From: Sphaerodactylus townsendi
Lineage: Eukaryota
Reading direction: 5' to 3'
Length of the DNA: 64,000 nt
Assembly: GCF_021028975.2 (NCBI RefSeq)
Contig: NC_059438.1
Location: 20,584,001 to 20,648,000 of the forward strand
Below, piece after piece: positions 53,501 to 64,000 of this stretch. The notes under the pieces were generated by a model, which was not told the DNA's origin, did no database searches, and was given only the letters and a program-made list of their open reading frames with translations. The translations under genes and the position numbers were made by a program. Every line of letters begins with the position of its first letter. Position 1 is the stretch's first letter.

Positions 53501-53720
53501 GCATTGCCCCGCCCATCCCATCAGCAAGTGACAGTCAGAACTGGCTTGTAATTGGGCAAAAGCAATGCCTGTCACCATCCCACTCCCAGGATTTGCAGAG
53601 TTGCAACCGTCATAGTGAACCAGGACTTTGGAGCGGCTGATGCAACGGCTTTGAAAGAGTGATCACGTGGCCAACAAAAGGGCTGAGGGCAGGCAGGAGG
53701 GGCGCCATTGTGGGCAAAGT
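53500..53720 (-). promoter_or_regulatory. AARS1 proximal promoter: GC box, CCAAT, CARE/AARE, E-box
   Basis: CCCCGCCC near 53507, ATTGG near 53551, TGATGCAAC at 53638-53646 (C/EBP-ATF consensus TGATGxAAx), CACGTG near 53664. Confidence 0.55.
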
Positions 53721-54059
53721 TTCTGACTGAGGAGAAATGTCGTTTTCTTTTTTAATGTCCTGTGTCCTGTCTCGTTTTTCTGTTCTTTGTAAGCAGAAGA
53801 CCACAGGGAAACTACAGGGGTAGTTATTCAAGGAGTAGTTCTGTAACTGTACCGTTTTGGCAACGTCATGTCTCCAGCTATAATGGGGAATGATGACCAA
53901 CGTTTCAATTCTGCATCCATGCAATAATTCCCACTTGTCCCACACATATTTTTGCACTTGAATGTTGGAGAAGGAGGTGGGATTCCTTTCAGTTATACCC
54001 AGTAGTCTTTGATTTGCTCACTTTTTAATTTTCTCTTAACATGCTGCATGAAAATGGTT

Positions 54060-54198
54060 TGGCCGATTCTGCGCATGCGGAATAATGCACCTTCAATCCA
54101 CTTTCACAATTGTTTGAAAGTGGATTTTGCTATTCTGCACAGTAAAATTCAGCTGCAAAGTGGATTGAAAGTGCATTATTCTGTGTGTGCGGAAGGGA
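54060..54198. mobile_element. Palindromic MITE (PIF/Harbinger-like)
   Basis: ttctgcgcatgcggaataatgcac.ttcaatccacttt paired with aaagtggattgaaagtgcattattctgtgtgtgcggaa. Confidence 0.6.
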
Positions 54199-56770
54199 AC
54201 TTTGTGAGGTACAGTACAGATGCCCTTGATCTAGTGATGGTGATCCTTTTGGCCTTGGCGTGTAAAAAATCTGGAAAACGCCTAACTTGACTCTGTGGCG
54301 TGAACAAAACTACTATTTACATATTCATTTATTTTAAAAAATGCAGTCCAGTCATGTGTGGCACTATGTATTAAACGTCAAATAATTACAAAAATGACTT
54401 CAACAGGAATAATAGTTGTTGCTGGCTGTTGATGAATGCTGGCATGTCACCTTTGACATGTGTCATAAGTTTACCATCACTGATCTAGAGCAATGTAAAC
54501 TGTCTGTGCTCTTCCAGCTCTAGCAAAATATATTTCCTTTCTCCCTGAGAGCCACAATGAGCAGATTTCCATTGTTCATGAGCATTTATATCTAATCCTT
54601 CCTTAGAGTTAGAGTGAGTATAGTACAAATGGGAAAATACAGACGTTTCAGAGTAGACCTAAGGTTATTTGATATTTCTTGCGGGGAAACCATATCAGTG
54701 TGGACAGGACAACTGAATATTCTCTTTGTCATTTATAGAAAACCTGTACAGCAGGAAATTAACCGATACAAAATTAAAATGGAGATTGTGTCTTGAACAG
54801 AAGTGAAGACTTAGGACCCAATCCAGATGTGGGGGCAGAACAGCTTGCTGGAGCAGTGGAGGGCAGCATGTTTGCCCGCGCCAGCAGAGGAGCACCTATG
54901 CTGATGGAGAGATCAAAGATGCTGTTGTGCGGGTGCTGCACAACTTTGTGGCGCCCAAACTCGAATGTGTCCGCTTAGCAGATTTCTGTTGCCTGGAGAT
55001 CAGTTGTAACTCCAGGAAACTTCTTGAAAGTTGGCAACCCTAGTCAGTGCTGGGATGGGAGACTGAAGGAAGTCTGGGGCTGCTATGCAGAGGAAGGCAA
55101 TGGCAAATCACCTCTGCTCATGTCTTGCCTTGAAAACCCTATGAGGTGGACCTTCATGGAGTCTCCATAAATCAGTGGTGACTTCATAGCACACTTTACC
55201 TATAATCTCCAGTAAATTATATGGTAACTAGAAACGCTGAGAGGGCTTCTTGGTATTGAGTTTAATCACACCGATACTATTTTCCTGCCTGAGGTCTTAC
55301 CATTTGGACTCAAAGCATTATCTCCTATAAAAGCCACATTTAAATTTTACAATATCTGTATGTGATCTCTACATATCTCTACTAAAAATCTGCCTACTTG
55401 ATGTTTTTCTCTTAGGGCTCTGGTTTGACAAGCACTTTCCTCATCCATAAGGAGGAGTTAATGACCATCACGAGATCAAGGGCATCTGTACTGTACCTCA
55501 CTTCCTGCTTTTGTCAGCCTCTTTATGCAAATAAAGGGACTCCTCGCTTCTCTCCACCTATATTACAGTGCCCCAAAAGTATCGTGAGTCAAGAGAAAAT
55601 ATGTGGCTTGTGTAAGGAAGACCTCAGTGGAATGTCAGGGTGGTTCAGGGGGACAGGCAGAGCAAAACTAGAGACAGACCTACTCCCCCAGCCTTCCTAA
55701 AGTTGTTTGGCTAATGCTATTCCTTGCCCCAATGCAATAGAGTAGACGCACACTCTCAGTGGGTGGCCGCCACCATGCCTGTTGCAAAGAACTTAAACAG
55801 AATCTGACAGGCCCACCTCTATCTCTCTTTCTCACACATACCCCCCTCATTCAGTCAAACACTCAGCCTGGTTTAATTGAGAGCTGGCATTCAAGAACCC
55901 AAATTTTATTTGGAAGACAAGGAAAGGGTTGCATAAAACTACTTACATGGAAAAAGAAGAGTGAGGAAGGATTTCAGACATGGGGAGAATTAGAACCAAA
56001 AAAATCATGGTGGCCACTGGCCAGGATGGAGAATATATGGTTGCCATCTTCCAGATAGCACCTGGAGATCTCCCACTGTTATGAAGGATCTCCAGGTGGA
56101 GATCCAGATGGGGAAATGTCTGCTTTTGAAGGTGGACTTTATGCTATTATACGCTGCTGAGGTCCCTCCCTCCCTCCCTCCCCAACCCCCACCCTCTCCA
56201 GGCTTCCCCCCTGCCCCCGCCAATCTACAAGTATTTTCCAGCACTGAGCTGGCAATCCTAAGTTCCTGGCAGCCAAGCCATGGTCAGCAAATCATTACAG
56301 GATGGCATCCTTATTTATTTATTGTAGGGCGTTGAGCACAATAGCCAAGCTAACTTTAACAGGCTTGCCAGGAGGAGGGAGAAAGTCTGGAAAATTCAGA
56401 ATTTTGGTTGGTGCAGAACAGAGCCCAAGGTGGAGTGGCAGCTGGTCACTCCTCCAATCAGAGAAGAAGAGGAGGAATTAGAGATGTGAAGGAGGCTTGC
56501 GTGGTTTATTTGAATGAGAGCTGGGTAGGAAGAATCTAGTTTAAATGGGAGATTCTTAGTATGAAGGAAATCAACGCAATCCCTTGATTATATCAAAATA
56601 TGCAACATAATCATCATGCTGCTTTGGGTGTGCTGGGCTGAGTTCACTAACCAGGATCTGCATTTCTGAGGTCTTTCTTTGATGAGTCACCCATTGTCTC
56701 AGGGACTCATCCAGCTGCGTGGGTAATCTCTACATTCCTTTGACTGTTCCACTTCCATTTCCCCCTAGAA

Positions 56771-57280
56771 CCGTGGTGGCAAACCTATGGCATGGGTGCC
56801 AGTGGTGGCACTCGGAGCCCTCTCTGTGGGCACGCGCAGAGTCGCCCCCCCACACACACATCTAGGCTGGCCTGGGCCGCTGGGCTTGATTATTAGCATT
56901 AAACTTAAGACCTAGTTTTGGGGAAGCAGTGTAGGTAACCCTGTTAAGCACTGTTAAACCCCACTGATTTTCATGTGAAGAACTAAAGCGTGATCCTTTA
57001 CCTGGGAGTAAGCTCAGTTGCTGGCAATGGGGCTTGCTTCTGAGTAAATCCTCCTAAGGTCGTGATTCACCAGTTGGAAGAGTTGCACGGTTGCTTCAAA
57101 GCAAAGCCACCAACTAGCACCGAGCTTACTCCCAAGTAACACACACCTCAGAGCCAACCGTTTTTTCTAAACTAAAACCTCAGTATTCAGGTTAAATTGC
57201 CATGTTGGCACTTTGAGATAAATAAGTAGGTTTTGGGTTGCAATTTGGGCACCCGCTCTCAAAAAGGTTCTCCATCACTG
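56771..57280. mobile_element. hAT non-autonomous element upstream of the SDR gene
   Basis: Termini CCGTGGTGGCAAACCT / AGGTTCTCCATCACTG; TSD CCCTAGAA / CCCAAGAA. Confidence 0.8.
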
Positions 57281-58033
57281 CCCAAGAATTTGTAAAATCT
57301 AGCAGACCACTCCAGATCTGGCAAAGGCAGTTTGTCCAGGGGCTAATCAAAATGGCAGGGAGTCATGCCAACAAAATGGAGGTAAAGCAGTCTGTCGGCC
57401 CCCATCTTATTAATGAGAACTGCTTTGCAATAGAAAAGACCACTAAGAATGTATGGATGACAAGTGCCCTTGCGTGTTTGGAAAAATCAACCATTATACC
57501 AAAATCAAGTAACATGTCAACATGTACAATATGCCCAAGCCATGATAATCATGAACAAAAGGCCTGTACTTCCCCGAGTTATAAAAATGTTTCTTCAGAC
57601 ATCAAGGCTTCTTACTGAATATCCATCTCATTTGTTCTCAAATCAACAAAACCAGTGTCTTGCAGAGTTCAGAGCTAACTATGTGCCAAATCATGAGATA
57701 CTCTAAACTAGTGCTGTCTCCTCTGCTTGGCAGTAGCTTTCCCAGATCGACAGAGATTAAACTTTAAACAAACAACATAAATGTTAGCCCCTCCCTCCTT
57801 CCCTCCCTCTCTTCAATTTCACCATACCAGGAACAATATTTTTCCTTATAGCAAATTCACAAGATTGCAAACCTAGCCCAGCTCTCCAGTGAGTAAGATG
57901 CTGGTGTTAGAGCCTCGGGAGGCACAGCTGCAAATAGGTGTACACACCCTTGCTATTGAGCCTCACTGATTTATATTTATCCAGGCAGGGGAACAAAGTC
58001 CAGTTATTCTGGGAGCGAGAGCTACACAGCACA

Positions 58034-59900
58034 ATGGCTCAACTGGCTCACAGCGTCCTGGTGACAGGCTCCAACCGGGGAATTGGACTAGAAATGGTGA
58101 AGCAGCTTGTGGAGATGACAGATCCTCCAGAGCACATCTTTGCAACTTGCCGGGATCCCACCGGACCCAAAGGAAAGGTCTGTAGAAAGACAAAGTGTAT
58201 AGAGTTGGAAGAGACCACAAGGGCCACCCGCTACGTGTTCCTGAATTGAAGGGGTTGGACTTGATGGCCCTTGTGGTCTCTTCCAACTCTATGATTCTAT
58301 AAATAGTGTGTGTGTGGAGTGAACAGAGGATTTTGACCAGTATATTCTGGGGTAGGCAGAGTTCCGCGGTAATCCAGTAACCTTTTTATGGTTTGTGTAG
58401 TGACACAGTAAGGTCTCTGATTACTACGATGGCACTCAGAATTCACAGGTTTAAACCAGTGGTGGGATTCAAATAATTTAACAACCGGTTCCGGTGATGG
58501 GATTCAAGTAATTTAACAACTGGTTGTTTTACAAGTATCATTTTAACAACTGGTTCTGCCAAAGTGGTGCGAACCTGCTGAATCCCGCCACTGGTTTAAA
58601 CGCACAGAGATGACAGACTACATCTGATTGGAGCAGCAAAGTTGGCAAAAGGAAAGTCCTCAAGGGCATCTGCTCCCTCACAGAGAGAGGGGAAACCTGG
58701 CCAAATTGTCTGCACAGTTCGATTGGCAACTGGGGAAAAAATGGATTGGATGAAACTGCGGATATCCATTTGGATTCGACTATTTACAACCCAAATGTGA
58801 ATGAAATTTACTTCCTCATTTGCAGGTCCAAACTTGATCTGGCTTTTGGGTTTGTTTATGTTTTTTTTTGTGGTGCCACAATGACTGTGTTTGCTCTGTG
58901 CTTTCAGTTTTCATTTCCCCCCTTGATAACTGTAGAGGTAAATTTCCCCAAGGAGGCAAGGGACAGTGGAGGGACATCAAGGGGAGAGGGGAACAACAGG
59001 GTCACTATCCAACCAAAACATTTACCTCATGTTCACACAGCAGTGGTTCATCCCTGCTTAGAGTTCAAGTGCACACTGTTTCCCCCAGTTATTTTGGTTT
59101 GGAGTGTTCCTTTGGAGTGTTAAAGATCTTCCAGTTTCTGGGTGCTAGCCAGATATATTCTTTTACGAGAATAGCATATGTAGGCAAATGAAGCGAATGC
59201 TCAGATGATCATTATTGTTCTGATTTCGAAAGCATTTAATTTTGCTCAAGCAATCCTATCTGCTCATCACTGAATACCAAGAAGTGTGTGTGTGGGGGGG
59301 GGGGGGGTAAGAAAAATGAAAGGAATTAACATAGCACTGAGTTCATGCAAGTGAGCAGAGTTTAAAAGGGGGGACATTTAATCCCAACAGGGGAGGAGGG
59401 TTACAGAAGTGAACATAGGGTTGCCAACCTCCAGGTGGGACCCAGAGATCTCTTGGAATTACAACAGATCTTGTGATTACGGAAATCAGCTGCCCGGCAG
59501 AAAACTGCAGCTTTGAAGGATGGATGTTATATCTGACTACACCTTCCCTTCCCTCCCAAAATCCTCTCCTCTCCAGGCTCTCCAGGTGTTTCCCAGCCAG
59601 GAGTTGGCAACCCTATAGCTACCATACTGGTTAACTAATCCAGACCTGTGCAATGACTACTTAAAATAATATAAGATTATCAACAAATAAAATAACCAAA
59701 CCTGACAGCCTTCAGACTGGGCCAGTTTGGGGAATACAGTCCCCCAAAGGTCAATAACATGGCATGGCAGTAAAGAAATTAGATGTCCCAAGTAGTTTAA
59801 TGCTATTTAAATTAATTTGATATTATTTTTTTTACTGTGTACTCTATCTGTATGTTTTGTTCACCTCCCTGAGCCCTTCGGGGGAGGGTGGTTTATAAAT

Positions 59901-59940
<40 letters not shown>

Positions 59941-62900
59941 GTCTGTCTCTGTTTGACATACTATTCTTGTCTCAATTACCTCTTTGTTTCCAATTCCAGG
60001 TCCTGCGTGATTTGGCAGATAAACACTCCAGGATTCATGTGATTCAGTTGGGTATGGAATATATTCTTTCCCCATCCTGTTCCTGAAAGAACCCATTCAT
60101 TTCCTAGATGTCATGCTATCTATTGCAGGGTAAACTGGCCTTTTCAATGCACTTTGATAGCTCTAGATGCAGGGTCTCGAACCTTCTCTTTAATGAGAGC
60201 GAAACTTGTATAATAAAAAAATCCCCAGCTACTCCTCCCCCAGGATGAGCACATGAAGCAGCCTTATATTGAATCAGATAGAAAGAAGGAGGAGGAGGTG
60301 GAGGAAGAGGAGGAATTTGGATTTATATCCCACCTTTCTCTCCTGTAAGCTCCTTTCCCTTCCTCTTCCCACAACAGTCACCTTGTGAAGGCTGAAAGAG
60401 TTCCAAAGAACTGTGACTAGCCTAAAGTCACCCAGCAGGAATGTAGGAGTGCAGAAATACATCTGGTTCACCAGATAGGCCTCTGCCACTCAAGTGGAGG
60501 AGTGGCAATCAAACCCGGTTCTCCAGATTAGAATCCACCTGCTCTTAATCACTACACCACACTGGCTCTCATAGACTGGAAGCAGCTGTCCAGGGTCGCT
60601 GTCCAGGGTCTCAGTCCTGAATTTCTCACATCGTGTATTGTCAGATCCTTTAACTGGAGGTGGTGTGGATTAAATTGGTGACCTTCTGCATGACCAGAAG
60701 ATGCTCTACACTGATCCACAGCCCCTCCCTGGCATATTCCCTGGAAACAGGACATGAAGAGCACCCGAAATATATCTATCAGTTAAGCAGCACAGAGAAG
60801 AATTCTGACATAGAAACGCTTTTAAAAGTTCTGGATCAAATTTTTTTTAAATAATCCTTTCCAGGATCTTCTAGAAGGTGTGTTGAGATACAGCAGCCAA
60901 CGACCTGCCGGCAACTCGCAAGCTAGTTGTTCTAGATGTATACTTATTGCTGAGTGCATTTGCCACATCATTATCAAAAGCGTTTCCCACATAATTATCA
61001 AAAGCCAGTATTGTAGGCAGTACACCACATTGATCTTTTCATTTCCACTCTGATTCCTGTCTCATCTGCTCACCTGTCTGCACAACAGAAGTGGAAGACC
61101 AGTCCAGTGTGAAGGCTTCCGTGGCACTGGTGGAGTCCCATCTAAATGGCAAAGGCCTCAATTTGCTCATCAACAATGCTGGAGTAAACTCTTATGCCTC
61201 CCTGGAAACTGTGCAACCAGAAGAAATGCTGTCTGCGTTCAACACCAATGTAGTAGGTCCCATTCTTGTGGTGAAGGTGAGAATTTCCCCCTTTGTGTTA
61301 TAGAATACTGTTTATTGTTTAATCCTGTCCAATTCGGTCTGCAGCAATATATTATAACCTGTATTATGATAATGCACTGCTGAAATCTTTGTTTCCCCAT
61401 CCCCAGTTTTATGAAGTTTAACTTGACATCTAAATATGCTGCTATGCCTGTTAGTACCATTTCTCTCCAAATAATACATTTAGTTTGCAAAAGCAGTGGC
61501 AGGGAAGATATACGGCCCTGCATTACAAATGTCTGTACTGTTAATAGCCTGGAGTTTTCTTAATGATTGGGACGATCATTGCTTTCACATCCTGCATGTG
61601 CGCTCCCAAAGGCACCTGGTGGGCCACTGCGAATAGCAGAGAGCTGGACTAGATGGACTCTGGTCTTATCCAGCAGGCTTGTCCTTATGACAAGAATCCC
61701 TGATTTCTGCAGCCTGCTACTTGATCTACCTTGTAGGAATTCCTGCCCCTACTGAAGAAGGCAGCAAAAGCAACGTCGACGGAGGAAATGAGCTGCAGGA
61801 AGGCAGCCATCATCAATATATCCTCCAAACTGGCCTCTATTGGAAGGGGATTTGAGGTTATGTTGAACCCAATGTTGCCGTACCGTGCAAGCAAGGTATG
61901 CCTGTCAGAGAACTGGATATTCCATTATTGTGTGGAAGCCCAGGATTTAATTAATCATGCAGACCTCCGGTCCTCTGTCCTAGTACCTTTCAATCAGTTT
62001 GAATCTTGGGGAATTGGAAAGAAAGTCTGGAATGAGACTGTTTCTTCAAAGTCTGGTTTCATTTTGCAGGTTGCATTGAATATGGTGACTGTATCCATGG
62101 CGCTGGAATTGAAAGGAGATGGGATCTTGTGCACAATAATCCATCCTGGGTGGGTGAAAACAGACATGGGAACCGAAAAGGTATGTAGGATATGAGGAAG
62201 GATGCTATATCCCTACATACCCCACCTGCCACTAGAATAGGCTTGCCATTTGCCTACCAATGGACGCCGGGGGAAAGAATGATGGCTTGGAAGCCATAAT
62301 TTACAACAGTGATTCCCAAAGTGGGTGCCACCGCCCCCTGGTGGGTGCTGCAGCGATCCAGGGGGGCGGTGATGGCCACAGGTAGAAACATTAATACATA
62401 TATCTTTCTGTTTAATTGCTATTAAAATTAAAAAAAATAATTTCCAGGGGACGCTAAGTAATATTTTTTCTGGAAAGGGGGCGGTAGGCCAGATAAGTTT
62501 GGGAACCACTGATTTACAATGTTTTCATTACTCAGAAGCAAAAAGGTTTGCCTCTGTGGTCAATAGCTTTACTTGATAGTTTTGCACCAATAGAAAACCA
62601 GCATGCTAGGGAGTATGATAGGAAAGTAAAATTATGCTGGACAGCTAGGCAAATTAAAATATATATATATATTGCAAAGCTTCTCTTCAGGAAAGCCCCC
62701 TGTGTGCATGTGTAAAATGGAATTGGTCATGAGGCCAGTCTTACAAAAGGAACAAGGCTGTAGTTTTGCATGTTTTGCACCAATTTGCTAAAAGTTTTGT
62801 AATCCTCTTTGAGTCTTACTGAGAAATGCAGACTATAAATGAACCCTACAATGAGGCTGAATCCATCTTACTTCCCTCCATCTGAGTGGAGCCGAGATTG

Positions 62901-63688
62901 TCTAGAAGCTGGAGGTGGAGACAAGTCCAAGAAGGAGTTTGCCCTCCCTGGCCTTGTCGCCACCCACAGTGAGTTTCTGGGCGGGCCTCAGAACACTCGA
63001 CTTGAACTAAAATAATATGACTTTTAAAGGCACCAAAAGGTGGGGGGGGGGGAGTTTAGCTGGGGCACACCTGTGGGGAGCACGTTTTTTTAAAGCTACG
63101 TCCCTGTCTGCTCCCAGCCGCCATTAATCAGCTGGCTGATGTGGGGACTTACCAGCGATGGAGGGAACCTAGGCTGGCATTACAGTAACAGTGACACTTC
63201 CAGCATGCACCAGAGGTGACATCCTCATGTTGCCAGTGGAGGGGGATGATCTAGTATTTGGGCAACAGCTCCGTGGTACAAACAGCATCTTCCATAGAGT
63301 TTTTCTCCAAATGCCAGAGCGTCCTGGGTGATCAGCACTACAATGATGTAGCTTGTGGGGAATGCCAGAAGTGACGACATGACTGACATGCTGGCCTGGA
63401 CCTCCCCCTGCTGCCTGTGTCCCACCTCCTGCAGCCTGCCAGTTGCCAGAAGCGACCTGTCAACCCTATAATGAGGCAAATAAGTGCCCACTACATTTGC
63501 ATTCACTCTGAGGACTGGACCAGTCCTTGAAGGTCTTCTTCAGGACAGTAACTCTTGCTTTTCTTCTCTCAAAGGCACCTTTGTCCGTGGAGCACAGTGC
63601 GCAGGGCATCCTCCAAGTCCTTGCTAATTTATCCTCATCAGAAACAGGAGCTTTTCTGGACTGGGAAGGAAGGCGCCTCCCTTGGTGA
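58034..63688 (+). CDS. C-factor (CsgA)/sniffer-like classical short-chain dehydrogenase/reductase, 255 aa, 6 exons
   Basis: join(58034-58177,60000-60051,61089-61276,61737-61895,62070-62180,63575-63688), 768 nt, GT-AG and in phase. Motifs: VLVTGSNRGIG (TGxxxGxG), ATCR (NADP-type basic residue), LLINNAG, catalytic NISS and YRASK (YxxxK), IHPGWVKTDMG, C-terminal FLDWEGRRLPW. Confidence 0.93.
58457..58593. mobile_element. hAT MITE (CAGTGGTGGGAT family)
   Basis: Perfect TSD GTTTAAAC. Confidence 0.85.
59907..59940. repeat. (AAT)n tract, tail of an old LINE/SINE 3' end, just upstream of SDR exon 2
   Basis: About 11 units following ccctgagcccttcggggagggtggtttataaat. Confidence 0.9.
60300..60570 (-). 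mobile_element. tRNA-derived SINE, reverse
   Basis: Reverse complement of the 44936-45230 type. Confidence 0.8.
62307..62511. mobile_element. hAT-Charlie-type MITE
   Basis: Perfect TSD ATTTACAA; TIR CAGTGATTCCCAAA / TTTGGGAACCACTG. Confidence 0.88.
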
Positions 63689-63953
63689 GGGAATTCTGGT
63701 CAGAGATCCAAGGCTGGCCACATCTCCTCTAGCTCTCAGTAGCCCCTGCACACCAGCTCTACAGAACATGATTTTGGTCCTCAAAACCTTACAAAAAATT
63801 CGAACGATCACATTTAAATTCAATGAGGGTTAACATTGCCTGGGTACAGTTTGCTCAAAGTCTTTCCTAAAGTCACTCATACATTTTAGTACATATTTGA
63901 TTTTTTTCTTTGAACTGAAAATGGCTTCCAGAAAAAGCTGTTTAGCTTCAATG

Positions 63954-63959
63954 AATAAA
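63954..63959 (+). terminator. Polyadenylation signal of the SDR gene
   Basis: AATAAA about 265 nt after the TGA. Confidence 0.55.
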
Positions 63960-64000
63960 CTCATGCTCAAAAGTAAAAGTGGTTTTCAAGTGCATTTTTT

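Overview
Eukaryotic vertebrate DNA, almost certainly squamate and probably gecko, judged from the repeat content: tRNA-derived Squam-type SINEs, Sauria and 5S SINEs, CR1, L2, Penelope, and hAT/SPIN MITEs. Genes reconstructed by hand from splice sites and reading phase: (1) the probable first coding exon of a minus-strand gene at the left edge, possibly PDPR by synteny; (2) a 7-exon plus-strand hnRNP C/RALY/RALYL-family gene (9478-25904, 205 aa) that keeps the DYD-like motif, basic/NLS segment, leucine zipper and acidic tail but has no RRM exon in the window; (3) intronless, GC-rich EXOSC6 (minus, 29292-30152, 286 aa); (4) complete AARS1 (minus, 20 coding exons, 32386-51023, 967 aa) with a candidate non-coding exon 1 and an ATF4/C-EBP (CARE) element in its promoter; (5) a 6-exon C-factor/sniffer-like classical SDR (plus, 58034-63688, 255 aa). 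The most interesting item is the RRM-less RALY/hnRNP C paralog. The ORF track shows it only as unlinked fragments, and it could act as a zipper-only modulator of hnRNP C-family oligomers. The introns also hold nested transposons, a spacer-less 242-bp palindrome, a probable solo LTR and a 24-bp minisatellite. There is a 245-N assembly gap at 2402-2646.
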